Origin: Bdellovibrionia bacterium
GTDB taxonomy: Bacteria > Bdellovibrionota > UBA1018
DNA length: 36,434 nt
Direction of reading: 5' to 3'
Assembly (NCBI GenBank): GCA_045805065.1
Contig: JBJMMA010000217.1
Location: 1 to 36,434 of the forward strand
A program made the translations under genes and the position numbers. How positions within the stretch are numbered: position 1 is the first letter of the stretch; every line of letters begins with the position of its first letter. The notes beneath the pieces were generated by a model. That model was given only the letters and a program-made list of their open reading frames with translations, was not told the origin of the DNA and made no database searches. Shown here piece after piece: positions 34,910 to 36,434 of the stretch.

Positions 34910-36160
34910 TTACTTGTTTGAATCGTTATCGGAGCTTTTTTGAGCGATTCTCTTGCCAAGCTCTTCTAGCTCGAAGTCCGCGTCCGAAATATCGATCTCG
35001 ATTCTTCCATCTTCTGACGGCGCTGATGGGGTCGATGGGGTGGAGGGGCGAGGACGCGCGGTTCTGAGTGGGGATGGGGAATGTATTTCCGTTTTGCGTG
35101 TCACAGCGGAACCTAAGCTTGGCGCCGCGAATTTGTGATCTTCAAGGGGAGTGGCTTGCGATGGTTTGACCCAGTCGCGTTTCTGATCGATCCAGCGCTG
35201 ATAGCGCTCGAAGGACCACATTCCATCGTTTGCGCCCGTTTGCAGCGATGTTGGAATCTGTCCGAACGCTCCGGTTCGGATATGAGATTTTACTCCGGAA
35301 TTGGCAACCAGGATCTCCAGATGGGGAACCAGAATTTGCGATTGAGGTTGATAGGTGAGCCGCTGGCAAACGACACCAATGAGACAATCGGCAAGCTGCG
35401 CCCGAACGCTGGCTTGCGCTTCTGCCGGAAATGACATGCACACTCTTGCCAAGGCCTCAGCACAAGTAGACGAGTGCATGGTGGCAAGAACCAAATGTCC
35501 GGTTTCTGCTGCATTGAGGGTGAGGCGCATGACATCTGGCGTTCTCATCTCACCGATGACCAGAACGTCGGGGTCCTCGCGCATCGAATCGACAATGGCT
35601 TGCTCAAAGCTTGGCGTATGGGTTGGGACTTCTCGCTGACGGATGATCGACTGGCGATTGGAAAAAAAGTATTCGATTGGGCTCTCAATCGTCAGAATGT
35701 GTTTTCTGGATGAGGCATTGAGTTCTTCAATCAAAGCGGCCAGAGTCGTTGATTTTCCACTTCCCGTTGGACCTGAAACAATTAAAAGTCCTGTCTCAGA
35801 GCGGATCAGATTCTTTAAGTCCGGGTGAAGATTGCAGTCTCGCAAACTGTTTCGAAACGAAGTTAAAAGTCGGATCGCAAAGCCAACACCACGCACAGTC
35901 TGGAAGATATTGATCCGGCACCGGGTCCCTGCGATCGTTTGCGAGAGATCGGCAGAGCGCCTATCCAAAAACTCCTGCCACTGGCTTTGGTTCAGCAAGT
36001 CTTTTGCTTCTTGCAGAAGCAGGTCAGGGGAGAGCGGCTCGCCCATCGAATGAAGCTCACCTCGAACCCGAAGTACCATCGGTATTCCACCTTCCAGGTG
36101 AAGGTCGCTGGCTCCAGTTTCCTTTGCGTGTCGGATCCAATCTTTTAACATCCGCAGCAT
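34910..36160 (-). CDS. pilT: PilT/PilU-family type IV pilus retraction ATPase
   Basis: GASDLHL, Walker A GPTGSGKSTT, QREV, REDPDVLVIGEMR, AAETGHLVLATMHS; GGGGAG SD; divergent paralogue. Confidence 0.88.
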   Translation of the reverse strand: MLRMLKDWIRHAKETGASDLHLEGGIPMVLRVRGELHSMGEPLSPDLLLQEAKDLLNQSQWQEFLDRRSADLSQTIAGTRCRINIFQTVRGVGFAIRLLTSFRNSLRDCNLHPDLKNLIRSETGLLIVSGPTGSGKSTTLAALIEELNASSRKHILTIESPIEYFFSNRQSIIRQREVPTHTPSFEQAIVDSMREDPDVLVIGEMRTPDVMRLTLNAAETGHLVLATMHSSTCAEALARVCMSFPAEAQASVRAQLADCLIGVVCQRLTYQPQSQILVPHLEILVANSGVKSHIRTGAFGQIPTSLQTGANDGMWSFERYQRWIDQKRDWVKPSQATPLEDHKFAAPSLGSAVTRKTEIHSPSPLRTARPRPSTPSTPSAPSEDGRIEIDISDADFELEELGKRIAQKSSDNDSNK

Positions 36161-36272
36161 ACGAAGGTCTCCCCGTTGCGTCCTTTTTACGCCTCTAAGA
36201 GATGATTTCCAGTGAATAAGTTTTCATGCCGAGCGGCAAAAAGGCAAAAGAGACTATTCAATCCGTTTTCTC

Positions 36273-36300
36273 TCAAGTAATGCGGTCTCATGGCCGATAA
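36273..36300 (+). promoter_or_regulatory. Sigma28 (FliA) promoter
   Basis: TCAAG-15 nt-GCCGATAA, exact sigma28 -10 octamer. Confidence 0.75.
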
Positions 36301-36306
36301 GATGAT

Positions 36307-36434
36307 GTGGCAAACCATTGTCTGCAACTCAGAAAAGCTGCTTGGATATCGCGCATCTATTTAACTGGCTGCTTAACCCTCTGTTTAAATCTGGGGCTTT
36401 TGTCCGTGCAGAGCTTTGCGAACGAGTATGCGGA
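36307..36434 (+). CDS. 5' end of a secreted protein (partial, runs off window)
   Basis: GTG 36307 opens MANHCLQLRKAAWISRIYLTGCLTLCLNLGLLSVQSFA-NEYA, signal-peptide-like, no stop before window end. Confidence 0.6.
   Translation, partial: MANHCLQLRKAAWISRIYLTGCLTLCLNLGLLSVQSFANEYA

Overview
Bacterial chromosomal window, gene-dense, with no rRNA, tRNA, CRISPR array or mobile element that I can support. Gene content suggests a Bdellovibrionota/Oligoflexia-like Gram-negative organism (inference from the MCP hairpin variant FQTKLLSFNASVEAARAG..VGNLA, the RCC1/Ig-repeat lipoprotein and many secreted hydrolases). Housekeeping genes (accD, lptD, SIS protein, tag, surE, M23 peptidase, hmgA, AGE-family isomerase) are mixed with secreted or lipoprotein genes and a signalling block (hybrid kinase, OmpR-type regulator, MCP, PAS kinase, PilT-like ATPase). 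The best candidate for an undescribed system is a tightly coupled minus-strand cluster at 17131-19579: dihaem cytochrome c lipoprotein, YceI lipid/quinone-binding protein and a Cyc2-like cytochrome-porin fusion, followed by a large S8 protease. A second signal lies outside the ORF track: many genes have a sigma70-type -10 box 6-7 nt before the start codon, implying widespread leaderless transcription. There are also good sigma54 and sigma28 promoter matches, a streamlined half-length Gcr-family membrane protein and an HTH-less AsnC remnant. All calls come from reading motifs by eye; no database search was run.
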